Translations under genes and position numbers: made by a program
Notes under the pieces: model-generated
What the model saw: the letters and a program-made list of their open reading frames with translations, nothing else
Databases searched by the model: none
What the model was told of the DNA's origin: nothing
Part shown: piece after piece, positions 46,401 to 58,278 of the stretch
Numbering within the stretch: the stretch's first letter is position 1
How the letters are laid out: the number at the start of each line of letters is the position of its first letter
NCBI GenBank assembly: GCA_963851155.1
Contig: CAWKNV010000005.1
Location: forward strand, 466,136 to 530,135
DNA length: 64,000 nt
Direction: 5' to 3'
Source: an uncultured Acidobacteriaceae bacterium
GTDB taxonomy: Bacteria > Acidobacteriota > Terriglobia > Terriglobales > Acidobacteriaceae

Positions 46401-46811
46401 ACCTGATGGTTGCCATCGAGAGTGATTGAATCAAGGTGCGAGCTTGGGTCGTCTAGCGATGATGAATGGTTTTGCAAATATGGAACGAAGCTCAGAAAAA
46501 ACTCTGATCTTCGTTCCAATGCTCGATTGTCGAAGTGGCCGGGACGGCGTCAAGGGTCAAGATGAACGCCAAAGTGCGGCGCCCTTGACACCGTCCCGGC
46601 CACCAAGGGAGTCCGTACGCCGTTTTTCCTTGACAGGAGTAGTGGCTGTCATACACGGGGCAAAGACCGAATGGGCATAGGTGGTCGTTTGCGACCTTAT
46701 CGTGCAGCAAGATAGTATTTGAGTACCGCGGGAGCGATCGCGCTGACCGGCCTTTGTCGTTGTTGCAAACGGATTCCCGAACATATCAGCGGACGTTGCG
46801 GTTCCTACCGA

Positions 46812-47992
<1,181 letters not shown>

Positions 47993-47993
<1 letters not shown>

Positions 47994-48865
47994 TGTCGGT
48001 ACTGGTTGACAATGACACGCGGCTCATCGTGCAGGGCATCACAGGAAAAGAGGGCACCTTTCACGCGCTTGGCTGTGCGGAATACGGCACCAAGGTTGTG
48101 GGTGGCGTGACTCCGGGCAAGGGCGGAACGAAGCATGAGGGCTGGCCGGTGTTTAACACGGTGGCCGACGCGGTGAAGGAGACGGGCGCGAATGCGACGA
48201 TGATTTTTGTGCCGCCTCCGTTCGCCGCCGACGCGATTCTCGAGGCGGAAGACGCGGGGATTCCGCTGATCGTGTGCATCACCGAAGGTATTCCGACGCT
48301 CGACATGGTGAAGGTGTGGGCGAAGCTGAAGTCGTCAATGTCGCGGCTGATCGGGCCGAACTGTCCGGGCGTTATCTCGCCTGGGAAGGCGAAGATCGGC
48401 ATTATGCCGGGTCGCATTCACAAGGAAGGCTCCGTGGGCATTGTCTCGCGCTCAGGCACGCTGACTTATGAAGCGGTTCATCAACTGACGCAGCGGGGTA
48501 TCGGACAGTCGACCGCAATCGGCATTGGCGGCGACCCGATTATCGGCACGACGCACATTGATGCGATGCGGTTGCTGAACGAAGATCCCGATACCGAGGC
48601 GATCATCATGATCGGCGAAATCGGCGGAACCAACGAAGAGGCCGCTGCAGAGTATGTGAAGAAGCATGTGAAGAAGCCGGTGGTGGGATTCATCGCCGGG
48701 CAGACCGCGCCTCCTGGACGCCGTATGGGTCACGCGGGCGCGATCATTTCTGGCGGGCAGGGAACGGCAAAGGACAAGATGAAAGCCATGACCGAAGCGG
48801 GGATTCACGTAGTGGTGTCGCCGGCAGAGATTGGCGCGACGCTGGCGAAGGTGATTGGGAAGTAG
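47993..48865 (+). CDS. sucD: Succinyl-CoA synthetase alpha subunit
   Basis: [32 protein letters not shown]. Confidence 0.98.
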
Positions 48866-48902
48866 AGACAGCTTCCGTCAACTAGCATTAATTACAAAAG
48901 AG

Positions 48903-48926
48903 AGGCCCACCGCGATGGTGGGCCCT
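48903..48926. terminator. Hairpin between sucD and the M13 peptidase gene
   Basis: AGGCCCACC-GCGAT-GGTGGGCCCT. Confidence 0.6.
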
Positions 48927-48995
48927 TGTGCGTTCGGTCCTGGCTATCCTAGAAGCGGCCATTGACAGGCAGCCGATAAGAGGTAACTGTTGTAC

Positions 48996-51068
48996 TCACC
49001 AGATGCGGCACGGCTTTGCGCTGACCATTTTGTCGCCGGGCTTGCAGCTGAAGCTTTTGGCGAAGTCCGGCAAATCCTGCAGTACGGTGTTGGTCCTGTA
49101 CTCATCGGGCGCATGAGGATCGGTCTGGGCCTGACTGCGTAATTGCTCGGGACGCGTATCGGTGCACCACTGCTGTGCGTAGGCGATCCAGAAACGCTGT
49201 TCGGGCGTGTAGCCGTCGGTCTTTGCCGTCATGTCGACGTGTGCAGCTTCTGCCTTGTCCTGCCACGCGATCCACGCGAGCCAGAGGCCGCCGAGGTCGG
49301 CGAGATTTTCGCCGAGGGTGAGCTTGCCATTGAGATGCACGCCAGGCACGGCCTCGATGGCGTCATACTGATCGACCATGCACTGGGCCTTCTGCTTGAA
49401 CTTGGTCTCGTCGTCCTTGGTCCACCATTCTTTCAGGTTGCCATCTTTATCGAACTGGCGTCCCTCGTCGTCGAAGCCATGAGTAAGCTCGTGGCCAATG
49501 GTGGAGCCCATGTCGCCGTAGTTGGCGGCGTCGTCTTCCTTGTCGCTGAAGAAGGGTGGCTGGAAATAGCCGGCGGGGAAATTCACGTTGTTCTGCTGCG
49601 GGCTGTAATAGGCGTTGACGGTGGGCGGAGACATGTGCCACTCGCCTTTGTCGACGGGCTTGCCAATCTTGGCGAGATCGCGAGCGAAATTGAATTGGCG
49701 CACGCGCTCCTGGTTGCCAAGCGGATCGCCACGCACAATGACAAGCTTCGAGTAGTCGCGCCACTTGTCGGGGTAGCCGATTTTGTTCATTACAGCGTGG
49801 AGCTTTTCTTTCGCCTGCACCTTAGTCGCGGGGCTCATCCAGTCGAGCGAGTCGAGGTCTTTGCCCATGGCCTGTTCGATGGCGAGGGTCATTTCGAGGG
49901 CGTGCTGTTTTGCATCCGGCGGGAAGTATTTGGCCACGTAGACCTGGCCAAGGGCTTCGCCCATTTCGTGATCGACGCGGCTGGTGCAGCGCTTCCAGCG
50001 CTCCTGCTGCTTTTCGGCGCCGTTGAGGATGTGTGCGTAGAAGTTCCAGGATTCGGTTTCGAAGGCCTCGGGCATGCTTGTCCCGGCGTAGGCGTGAAGG
50101 AGGTGCCAGCGGAGATAGGTGCGAATCTGATCGAGCGGTGTGTCGGCCATCAAGGTGTTGAACTCGGCAAAATACTTCGGTTCCATGTCATTGGCTTTGC
50201 CGGAGGCGGGGGCATGTGCGGCTTCAACGTAATCGGTGAGGTTGAAATGCGTGAGCATCTTCGCCATCGCAGCCACGTCGGTGGGGTGATTCAGGTTTTG
50301 CGGGTCACGCATTTCCGTGATCGTGAGCGATGCCTTGGCGAGACGGGTTTCGATAGCCATCACGGTGTCAGCATCTTTGGCGGCCTGCGCTTCGGGCTCG
50401 CCGGCGAGGATAAACATGTTGTGAACGTGATCGACATACTGCTTGCGCTGCTCAACGGATTTAGCGTCGGTGCGGAAGTAATAGTCGCGCTCGGGCAGGC
50501 CGAGACCTCCTCCGCCGTAAAAAGAGATGACCTGGCTGGCATTTGCGAAATCCTGGTCAGAGCCGAAACCGAAAAAGGCGTTCACACCGATGGTGTGTAA
50601 GTGGGCGAGCAGGACAGGCAGCTCGTCGGGTCGGCTCAATGCGGCGATTCGGTCGAGTTCAGGTTTGATGGGAGCTAGGCCAAGCTTTTCGGTGGCAGCC
50701 GTATCCATACAGCTTGCGTACTCGTCACCGATCTTTTGCTCGTTGGGCGTGCGATTGGGATCGGGTTTAGAGGACTCTTCGAGAATCTGCCGAAGGTGAA
50801 GGCGGTTCAATTCATAGAGCTCAGTGAAGCGGCCGTAGGAGGTCTGGTCGGGCGGCAGAGGGTTGCGCTTGAACCATCCGTTGCAGCTGTAGCGATAGAA
50901 GTTTTCGCACGGGTCCACGGTCTTGTCGATCAGCGAGGGATCAAAGACGCGCAATTCCTGCGTGGTCTTTTCGCTGGGCGTTGCGTTCTGGCTGAATGCG
51001 GGTACGGCGGCGAGGAGGGCGATCACGGCAAGGCCGGAGGGAGAGAGTACGACGGCAAAGCGAGACAT
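48996..51068 (-). CDS. M13 family zinc metallopeptidase (PepO/neprilysin-like), secreted
   Basis: [34 protein letters not shown]. Confidence 0.96.
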   Translation of the reverse strand: MSRFAVVLSPSGLAVIALLAAVPAFSQNATPSEKTTQELRVFDPSLIDKTVDPCENFYRYSCNGWFKRNPLPPDQTSYGRFTELYELNRLHLRQILEESSKPDPNRTPNEQKIGDEYASCMDTAATEKLGLAPIKPELDRIAALSRPDELPVLLAHLHTIGVNAFFGFGSDQDFANASQVISFYGGGGLGLPERDYYFRTDAKSVEQRKQYVDHVHNMFILAGEPEAQAAKDADTVMAIETRLAKASLTITEMRDPQNLNHPTDVAAMAKMLTHFNLTDYVEAAHAPASGKANDMEPKYFAEFNTLMADTPLDQIRTYLRWHLLHAYAGTSMPEAFETESWNFYAHILNGAEKQQERWKRCTSRVDHEMGEALGQVYVAKYFPPDAKQHALEMTLAIEQAMGKDLDSLDWMSPATKVQAKEKLHAVMNKIGYPDKWRDYSKLVIVRGDPLGNQERVRQFNFARDLAKIGKPVDKGEWHMSPPTVNAYYSPQQNNVNFPAGYFQPPFFSDKEDDAANYGDMGSTIGHELTHGFDDEGRQFDKDGNLKEWWTKDDETKFKQKAQCMVDQYDAIEAVPGVHLNGKLTLGENLADLGGLWLAWIAWQDKAEAAHVDMTAKTDGYTPEQRFWIAYAQQWCTDTRPEQLRSQAQTDPHAPDEYRTNTVLQDLPDFAKSFSCKPGDKMVSAKPCRIW

Positions 51069-51158
51069 GGCGAAACTCTAGCAGATTCGGCCCCGTTCGG
51101 TCGTGACGTGACCAGTACAATAATAGATGGGCAAAAGCCGATTTTGAGGAGCTATCGA

Positions 51159-51575
51159 GTGGCGCAGCGTACGTTCAGCATTATCAAGCCAGACGCAGTG
51201 AGCAAGGGATTTGCGGGGGCCATTCTGGCCGAGATTGAGAGGGCCGGATTCAAACTGGTGACGATCCGCAGGCAGACGATTTCGAAGGACCAGGCGAAGG
51301 GTTTCTATCACGTGCATGCGGCGAGGCCATTTTTCAATGACCTGTGCGAGTTCATGTCGTCTGGGCCGATTTTTCTGATGGTGCTCGAGAAGGAGGACGC
51401 GATTACCGATCTGCGCAAGTTGATGGGCGCAACCAATCCGGCGAATGCGGAGGAGGGAACGATCCGCAAGAAGTTTGCGGGGTCGATCCAGGAGAATGCG
51501 ATTCACGGATCGGACGCGGAGGAGACGGCGGCGTTCGAGATTGGGTATTGGTTTGCGGGACATGAGCTGATTTGA
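51159..51575 (+). CDS. ndk: Nucleoside diphosphate kinase
   Basis: [23 protein letters not shown]; GTG start after GAGGAG. Confidence 0.97.
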   Translation: MAQRTFSIIKPDAVSKGFAGAILAEIERAGFKLVTIRRQTISKDQAKGFYHVHAARPFFNDLCEFMSSGPIFLMVLEKEDAITDLRKLMGATNPANAEEGTIRKKFAGSIQENAIHGSDAEETAAFEIGYWFAGHELI

Positions 51576-51600
51576 ATTTCAGTTGGAAGGAGGCGTCCGA

Positions 51601-52281
51601 ATGTTACATAGGTACGCCGTTTCCCTCGCCATCCTTGCGGTCTGTCTTTCTGGTCAAATGTACGGTCAGGCATCGCGCGAGGTTAGCCTCAACGCAGTCG
51701 ACACACTCAAGCTTCAAAATGTGAAGGCCGATCTCGAAATGTACCGCGGCGAGTCCTCTCTGCGAGTCATAGACACTGCGCCAGCGGGTGTCGATGATGC
51801 AGGGAGACTCGCGATCATTGAGGGCGCATCGTTACAGGACGGCACGATTGAAGTGAACGTGGCCGGAGATACTGCAGCAAGCGCCCCGGCTCAACAACGC
51901 GGCTTTGTCGGAATCGCATTCCGTGTGACCGATGCGTCGCATTTCGAGTGCTTCTACATTCGACCCAAGAATGGAAGATCGGAAGATCAGTTGCAGCGAA
52001 ACCATTCAACGCAATACATCTCCATTCCGGGATTTCCGTGGGACAAGTTGCGCAGCGAAACTCCCGGAAAATATGAGTCCTATGTGGACCTGGTTCCAGG
52101 CCAGTGGACAAAAATCAAGATCAAGGTTGCGGGGCAGACTGCGAGGCTGTTCTTGAATGGGGCCGATCAGCCGTCGTTGATTGTTAACGATCTGAAGCAG
52201 CCGTTGGCGAAAGGTGCGATCGCGCTGTGGGTTGGGCCGGGAACCATTGCCCATTTTGCGGGATTGAAGATTGGTCCCTGA
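51601..52281 (+). CDS. Secreted hypothetical protein (DUF1080/concanavalin-like)
   Basis: Signal peptide, DGTIEV, GFVGIAFR, FECFYIRP, GAIALWV. Confidence 0.7.
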   Translation: MLHRYAVSLAILAVCLSGQMYGQASREVSLNAVDTLKLQNVKADLEMYRGESSLRVIDTAPAGVDDAGRLAIIEGASLQDGTIEVNVAGDTAASAPAQQRGFVGIAFRVTDASHFECFYIRPKNGRSEDQLQRNHSTQYISIPGFPWDKLRSETPGKYESYVDLVPGQWTKIKIKVAGQTARLFLNGADQPSLIVNDLKQPLAKGAIALWVGPGTIAHFAGLKIGP

Positions 52282-52301
52282 AAACGGCAACGGTTCAAGC
52301 G

Positions 52302-52976
52302 CTATTTATCACCAAAGAGATCGTCAAACTTCTGGCGGAGGGCGGCTAATTCCCGCTGGAGTTCCGCGACAGTGGATTCTAATTGGGCGACGCGGTCGTC
52401 CTGCGGTGGCGGGGCTGCGGCGTAATTGAGCACCGGCATTGTGCTGGCCGGCATCTTTATCGATTCGACGGAACCAGAAAGCAGATGCGCATAGCGCGCT
52501 TCCTTGGTGCCGGGCTGGCGGGGCAACACGGCGACCAGCGCAGGATCACGCTCCATCAGCTTTTGCAGACCGGCGAGCACGTCGCTGATCTCGGCGAATT
52601 CGTGAAGTCTCTCGGTGCGGCCGCGGAGTTCGCCCGGCGTTTGCGGTCCGCGCAACAACAATACGCACATCAGTGCGGTCTCAGCTCGGCTGAAATTGAA
52701 AGCTTCGCCGAGCCAGTGTTCGTACTTGGTCACGCGGCCGTCGGCAGAGCGCGCTCGGCCGGCGAGCCCCTTGCTTTCGAGACCGTGCAGGGCCTGACAC
52801 GCGTCGTCCTCGTCGAGGGCCATTACCGGCTCGCGATTCGAGCGCTGGTTGCAGGCGTTGATCAGCGCGTGCAAGGTGAGCGGGTAGTACTCCGGCGTCG
52901 TGACTTCCTTTTCAACCAGGGCACCCAGGACGCGGACTTCGGCGGCGGTGAGCTTGATGGGATGTTCGGGAGGCAT
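52302..52976 (-). CDS. YceH/DUF480 family protein
   Basis: EVRVLGALVEKEVTTPEYYPLT, ACNQRSNREPVM, LLLRGPQTPGELR. Confidence 0.93.
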   Translation of the reverse strand: MPPEHPIKLTAAEVRVLGALVEKEVTTPEYYPLTLHALINACNQRSNREPVMALDEDDACQALHGLESKGLAGRARSADGRVTKYEHWLGEAFNFSRAETALMCVLLLRGPQTPGELRGRTERLHEFAEISDVLAGLQKLMERDPALVAVLPRQPGTKEARYAHLLSGSVESIKMPASTMPVLNYAAAPPPQDDRVAQLESTVAELQRELAALRQKFDDLFGDK

Positions 52977-53134
52977 GGGTCTATCACCACCATGCGCGAG
53001 GGCGTAGGGTTTCGTCAATTCCTGAGCTTCAAAGTGTTCTATGCAAGGGACGGAAACTGCCAATCGGTGGATCCCGTAGCCGTGTTGGTTCCCTTGGTGA
53101 CTGGGGCAACGCTCGGGTCTCCCAAGGCACCTAA

Positions 53135-53194
53135 ATTATTGTTGTTCAGGCTGAGACGTTCCCCATTATTGTCGTTCAGGCTGAGACGTTCCCC
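53135..53194. repeat. Tandem 30-bp direct repeat (2 copies, 29/30 identical)
   Basis: ATTATTGT(T/C)GTTCAGGCTGAGACGTTCCCC x2. Confidence 0.9.
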
Positions 53195-53379
53195 CGTTTC
53201 GGAGGTCCTACTTGCGGCACTCAGGACGTGAGATTGTTCTTGTGTTTGCAATCGTCTCGTCGCGGTCACATGTGGGTTGCGCTCAGGATGTTGAATCACT
53301 TCCCGATGCGCCGAGTCCGGTAGCAAGCCGGCTGTCCGCATTGCCGGGGTGATGACTTCGGGGATTCCGGGTAGGATTC

Positions 53380-53830
53380 TCAACGAGGCTTGCGATTATG
53401 CCGATCTCGATTCCGACGTCGATTACCAGCCAAACGCAAGCCCGCTGCCTTCGCATCGCGCAGGCGGCAACTTTACGATCGTGACGGGGATTCGAATTCG
53501 CATTTCTCTGTCAAAGCCTCGCTGCGGCCCGGGATTTTGAGATACGGACAGGCTTATCAGTCGAGCCCCTCGGGATCGGGGCGGAAGCCTACGATCGGTC
53601 GGATAACGCAATTCGCGACTTCGCTTGCGATCAATGGCGATTACTTTATCAACCGCCGATTTGCGTTACGTGTGTCCGTCGGAAATAACGCGGTGCGATA
53701 TCGAGAACCGTATCTTGCGCCGCTGAGCTCTCGTCCGGGCACACTTCCTTATCTCAACTGGCTGTCACGGCTGACGTTCCTCACGAATGAAGACTGGGCG
53801 TACCAGACTGGCGTGGTGATGCGCTTCTAG
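53380..53830 (+). pseudogene. C-terminal fragment of an outer-membrane beta-barrel protein
   Basis: Alternating beta-strand pattern (INGDYFINRRFALRVSVG) ending YQTGVVMRF* with a terminal Phe. No signal peptide or N-terminus, and a frameshift near 53490. Confidence 0.5.
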
Positions 53831-56800
53831 TCCGCCGCTGCAACGGGTGCATGACGATTGCGGGTGAGAAAGAAGTAGACGACGGGCGTCACCACCAGGC
53901 TCAGCACCATCGAAATCGCGAGGCCGCCAATTACGGCGATAGCCAGCGGCTGCAGCATTTGGGAACCCGCGCCGAGCGCGAAGGCCAGGGGCAGCATGCC
54001 GCACACGGCGGCAATGGCCGTCATCACAATGGGCCGAAGACGGCGCTGCGCGGCGTGCATCATCGCTTCAGCGGCGGAGACGCCCTCCGCACGGAACTTC
54101 TCATCCGCATCAAGCAGCAGGATGCCGTTTTTCGCCACGATGCCGATCACCATGATTAAGCCCATGAACGACGCCACGTTGAATGTGGTACGGGTAATCA
54201 GCAGAGCCAGGATTACGCCGGAAATCGAAAGCACCGATGAAGTGAGGATCGCAATCGGCGCGGGGAAGTTGCGAAACTCCGCGAGCAGTACGCCGAAGAC
54301 CAGCGCCAGTGCAAGAAGCAGCACTTTGAGCAAGTCGCGGAAGGATTTCTGCTGTTCTTCATAGGTGCCGCCGTAGGTCACGCGCACGGAGGGTGGCAGG
54401 TGCAGGCCTTCGACGGTTTGCTTTACCTTGGCCATTGCAGTGCCCAGGTCGGAGCCTTCGAGGCGACCGGTGACGACGACCATCCTCTGCAGGTTTTCGC
54501 GGTGAATCTCATTTTGCGGCGGCAATTGCTGTATGGTCGCGAGCGAGCCAAGCGTGGCGGTGTGCCCGGCAGCGCTGTTGAATACGGTGTTCTCGATGGC
54601 GTCGAGCGACTTGCGATGATCGTCGCTGAGCCGGATGCGGATGGTATAAGGACGGCCGTTGGCGATCAGTGGATCGTTTGTGGGAAGGCCGTCGAGGATA
54701 GACGTTGCATCTTCGGCGACCTCGGTGGGCGTAAAGCCGAGGCGCGCCGCGACGGTGGGGTCGACCTGGAAGTTGGTCGCCGGTCCGCTGATGGTGTTCT
54801 CGATGCCGTCCTGTACGTCCACAACGCCGTCAATCTTGCCGATGGCATCGCCGATTCTCGGACCGAGGCGCGTGAGCAAGGCTTCGTCGTCGGAGAAGAT
54901 CTTGATCTGGATGGGCTCCGGCGCATTCGACAAATCGCCGATCATATCCTGCAGGACCTGGATGAACTCGACGTCGAGTTCAGGCTCGGTGGATTTGATT
55001 TGTTGACGCGCATCCTCCATGATTTCGTCGATGCCGCGGCTGCGTTTCGATTTGAGCTTGACGGTGAAGTCGCCGGTGTTGGCCTCGGTAACGGCAGCGA
55101 GTCCCATCTGCAAACCAGTGCGGCGCGAGGTGCTTTCAACTTCAGGCTCTGAGTGCAGAATGCGCTCGACATGCTGGAGCACGTGGTTGGTCTCGGTGAG
55201 CGAACTGCCGGCGGGCATGATGTAGTCGAGGATAAATCCGCCTTCGTCCATCTCCGGAAGCAAGTCTGAGCCGAGCGCCGTGTAGCCAAAGTACGTGGCG
55301 ACCACGAGCAGCAAGCATGCGGCACCGAGCCAGAGCGGCTTGGCCAGTGCCCAATCCAGCACACGGTGATGAACCTTGAGCACGCGGCTCATCATGCGAC
55401 CGGTGGGGTGTTCTTTATGCTCGGCCGCGTCGCCGCCGTGATTGCGCAATAAGACGAGACTCAGGCCCGGCGTCCACGTCAGCGCCAGCATCAGCGACGT
55501 GAGAAGCGATGCGGCCATCGTAATAGCGAGCGCTCGGAAGAAGCTGCCTGTTACACCTGTGACGGAGATGAGCGGCAGAAACACAACGACCGGTGTGATG
55601 GTGGAACCAATGAGCGGAACGGTGATCTCGCTGAGCGCCTTGCGAACGGCACTGGCGCGGGGTTCGCCATTGTCGCGATGCATCACGATGTTTTCGACAA
55701 CGACGATGGCGTCGTCAATCACGAGGCCGATGGCGGCGGCGAGTCCGCCCAGCGTCATCAGGTTGAAGCTCTGCCCGATCGCCCACAGGACAAGGATCGT
55801 GACCGCGACAGTGACGGGGATAACCAGTCCGGCAATTAGCGACGAGGTCCAGTCGCGCAGGAAGAGGAAGAGAATGATGCAGGCGAGGACGAGTCCGATG
55901 AAGATGGCATCGCGCACGCTTGAGATGCTGTCGCGCACCAGTTGGGATTGGTCGTAGAAGGGCTCGAGCCTTACGCCCGCCGGCAGCTTCTGGCGCAACT
56001 GGGCGATCTCGGCATCCACCGCGTCGGCGACAGCGACAGTGTTGGATGAAGGCTGCCGCGCGATGTTGAGCAGCACAGCATTTTTTCCGTTGGCCGTAAC
56101 AGTGGTGTAAATGGGCAGGGTTGCGGGCTGTACGGTGGCTACGTCGGCAACGCGCACCGGCGCACCGGCAGCGGTGGTCTTGACGACGAGCTGGCGGAGC
56201 TCTTCGGCGTCGTGTACCTGTGCGCCTACCAGGCCGAGTATCAATTGATGATTTGCTTCGTAGAGGCCCGGCGAATCGACAATGTTCGAGGCCTGGATGG
56301 CGTTGACAAGATCCGTGACGGTGACGCCGTTGGCGGCAAGCAGCGCCAGATCCGGGGTAACGCCAAACTCGGGCACCTGCCCACCCTGCACGGTAACGGT
56401 GCTAACGCCGAGCACGCGGTTCAGCGGCGGCTTCAGGTCATACGTGGCCAACTCCCATAGCTGCGTCTGCGGAACGGTATCGGAAGTGAGGCTGTAACCA
56501 AGAATCGGAAACGTCGCGAATGTAAGGCGGTTAGTAGTGATGCGCGCGGTAGATGGAAGGGTCTGCTCGACCTTGCTGAGAGCAGCATCCGTTAACTGCA
56601 ACTCGCGGTACATGTCCACATCCCAGTCAAAGAAGAGGCTCACTTCGGCCGATCCGCGGCTGGTGGTGGAGCGCACCGTGACCAGGCCGGGGACTGAATT
56701 TACCGCATCCTCAACCGGTCGCGTGATGGTAACTTCCATCTGTTCCACGGGCATGACGCCGTTGTCGATGCCGATGACCACGCGCGGGAAATTGGTATCC

Positions 56801-56943
56801 GGGAACACCGAGATGGGAACCTGAAACGAGGCGTAGATGCCTGCGGCGGTGAGTACTGCCGCGAAGAAAAAGACGGGCCGCGTAAAGTGAGACAGCCAGA
56901 ACGGCGACTCCTTTGCTGCGGGCGCTTGAGTGGAGGTCGACAT
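53827..56943 (-). CDS. RND efflux permease (AcrB/CzcA family)
   Basis: 1038 aa; AIGLVIDDAIVVVENI, GIVAKNGILL, RLRPIVMT. Confidence 0.96.
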   Translation of the reverse strand: MSTSTQAPAAKESPFWLSHFTRPVFFFAAVLTAAGIYASFQVPISVFPDTNFPRVVIGIDNGVMPVEQMEVTITRPVEDAVNSVPGLVTVRSTTSRGSAEVSLFFDWDVDMYRELQLTDAALSKVEQTLPSTARITTNRLTFATFPILGYSLTSDTVPQTQLWELATYDLKPPLNRVLGVSTVTVQGGQVPEFGVTPDLALLAANGVTVTDLVNAIQASNIVDSPGLYEANHQLILGLVGAQVHDAEELRQLVVKTTAAGAPVRVADVATVQPATLPIYTTVTANGKNAVLLNIARQPSSNTVAVADAVDAEIAQLRQKLPAGVRLEPFYDQSQLVRDSISSVRDAIFIGLVLACIILFLFLRDWTSSLIAGLVIPVTVAVTILVLWAIGQSFNLMTLGGLAAAIGLVIDDAIVVVENIVMHRDNGEPRASAVRKALSEITVPLIGSTITPVVVFLPLISVTGVTGSFFRALAITMAASLLTSLMLALTWTPGLSLVLLRNHGGDAAEHKEHPTGRMMSRVLKVHHRVLDWALAKPLWLGAACLLLVVATYFGYTALGSDLLPEMDEGGFILDYIMPAGSSLTETNHVLQHVERILHSEPEVESTSRRTGLQMGLAAVTEANTGDFTVKLKSKRSRGIDEIMEDARQQIKSTEPELDVEFIQVLQDMIGDLSNAPEPIQIKIFSDDEALLTRLGPRIGDAIGKIDGVVDVQDGIENTISGPATNFQVDPTVAARLGFTPTEVAEDATSILDGLPTNDPLIANGRPYTIRIRLSDDHRKSLDAIENTVFNSAAGHTATLGSLATIQQLPPQNEIHRENLQRMVVVTGRLEGSDLGTAMAKVKQTVEGLHLPPSVRVTYGGTYEEQQKSFRDLLKVLLLALALVFGVLLAEFRNFPAPIAILTSSVLSISGVILALLITRTTFNVASFMGLIMVIGIVAKNGILLLDADEKFRAEGVSAAEAMMHAAQRRLRPIVMTAIAAVCGMLPLAFALGAGSQMLQPLAIAVIGGLAISMVLSLVVTPVVYFFLTRNRHAPVAAAD

Positions 56944-58274
56944 CAGTCCTTGTCGCCTTCCTTGCCGGGGGCAGGCTTGGCGTCATCCTCGTCGGCTGGG
57001 CCGACTTTCACCTTGGCGCCTTCTTCGAGTCCATAGGAGCCATTTGTGATGACCATGTCGCTCGTGGTCAGTCCTTTCGTAATTTGAACCTCGTCACCAT
57101 CCTGGATGCCAAGTTCGACGGCCCTCTTGTGCGCGGCGCCATCTGTGCCGACGACCATTACGGACTTGGAGCCATCCTGTGCGGTGAGCAGCGACGACAC
57201 CGGAACCTTGAGCGCATGCTCGACAGTCCTGCCGGTGATAGAGACTTTGACCGGAGTGCCAACTTTGAGCGCACCCTTTTTGTTTTCCGCTTTGAGCCAG
57301 ATTTCGAGTGTGGTGCTGCCGGGGTCAAGAGCGGGACTAATTAGCGTGACCTTGGCATTTACCGGATCCTTAACACCTGGGATAAGAAGGGATGCGTCGT
57401 CACCAATCTTCATCTGCTGCGCGAGGCTCTGTGCGATATGCGCCTTGGCCAGCAGTGACGAGGTGTCCATCACAGTGATCAGCGGCGCGCCCGCGGCTGC
57501 CGATTCACCGGCATAGAGGGGCCGGTCCGTGACCACACCATTGATGGGGCTGCGAATCTCGGAGTAGGCGACCTGCGCGGTCGCGTTTTTGTATTTACCT
57601 TCCGCCGAGGTGAGTTGGCCCTGTGCCGACTTGAGCTCCGCTTCGCGGTTTACGCTACGCATCGAATCAAGATGCTTCGAGGCTGAATCGTAGGCGGCTT
57701 GTGCCTGAACTAATGCAGCCTGGGCAATGTCGAGATCGCGGCCCGGAATGGCCCCCTCAGCAAAGAGCTGCTTGCGGCTGTTTACGATGCTGGTGTTCAG
57801 ATCGAGATTGGCCTTGGCTTGCGCATAATCGAGCTCGGCCTTCTGCACATCTTCAGGCACCTGCGCTCTGGTGGCGGTTGCGTATGCGGCCTGCGCGGCT
57901 TCGTAAGAGCCCTTGTTGTCCTGTGCCGTGGCGGCGAGATCTGCATTTTCAAGCACGGCGAGAAGTTCGCCTTCCTTCACGTGCGCGCCGCGCTGGACAT
58001 AGAACTTTTTGACGGGCGCGGCGATCTTAGGCACGATGGCGGCTTGCGCAAGCGGCGCAAGAATGGCGTCAGCGGTGATGTGGTCAGAGATCGAACCCTG
58101 CGCAGGGTTTTCAGCCTGCACGGTGATTTCCGGCGCAGGCGTCTCTTCTTTTTTGCATCCCGCGGCGACAAGAGCTGGGATCAGTAGAAAGAAAGAAAGC
58201 GAGCGCATGTGCCGCATCGCGCGGTTCTCCATTTGGTCGTGTGGATCGTCAATGTTTCGGATTGCTTCGTTCAT
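56943..58274 (-). CDS. RND periplasmic adaptor (membrane fusion) lipoprotein
   Basis: Lipobox AAGC, VKEGELLA, EIRSPINGVV. Confidence 0.93.
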   Translation of the reverse strand: MNEAIRNIDDPHDQMENRAMRHMRSLSFFLLIPALVAAGCKKEETPAPEITVQAENPAQGSISDHITADAILAPLAQAAIVPKIAAPVKKFYVQRGAHVKEGELLAVLENADLAATAQDNKGSYEAAQAAYATATRAQVPEDVQKAELDYAQAKANLDLNTSIVNSRKQLFAEGAIPGRDLDIAQAALVQAQAAYDSASKHLDSMRSVNREAELKSAQGQLTSAEGKYKNATAQVAYSEIRSPINGVVTDRPLYAGESAAAGAPLITVMDTSSLLAKAHIAQSLAQQMKIGDDASLLIPGVKDPVNAKVTLISPALDPGSTTLEIWLKAENKKGALKVGTPVKVSITGRTVEHALKVPVSSLLTAQDGSKSVMVVGTDGAAHKRAVELGIQDGDEVQITKGLTTSDMVITNGSYGLEEGAKVKVGPADEDDAKPAPGKEGDKD

Positions 58275-58278
58275 GGGT

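Larger units (their letters stand above)
45171..46655 (+). mobile_element. IS110-family insertion sequence, IS1111 type (1485 bp)
   Basis: Sub-terminal inverted repeats ATGACAGC (45178-45185) and GCTGTCAT (46645-46652), extendable to 13/18 bp, lie 7 and 3 nt inside the ends. No target duplication. Long 3' non-coding region. Confidence 0.9.

Noticed and set aside
49143-50600. Long antisense ORFs (485 aa here; also 21065-22198, 37851-38921, 25697-26910)
   Set aside because: They lie opposite well-supported genes and have no motifs, which is typical of high-GC shadow frames.
53135-53194. 30-bp repeat as a CRISPR array
   Set aside because: Only two copies, directly adjacent with no spacer, and no cas genes in the window.
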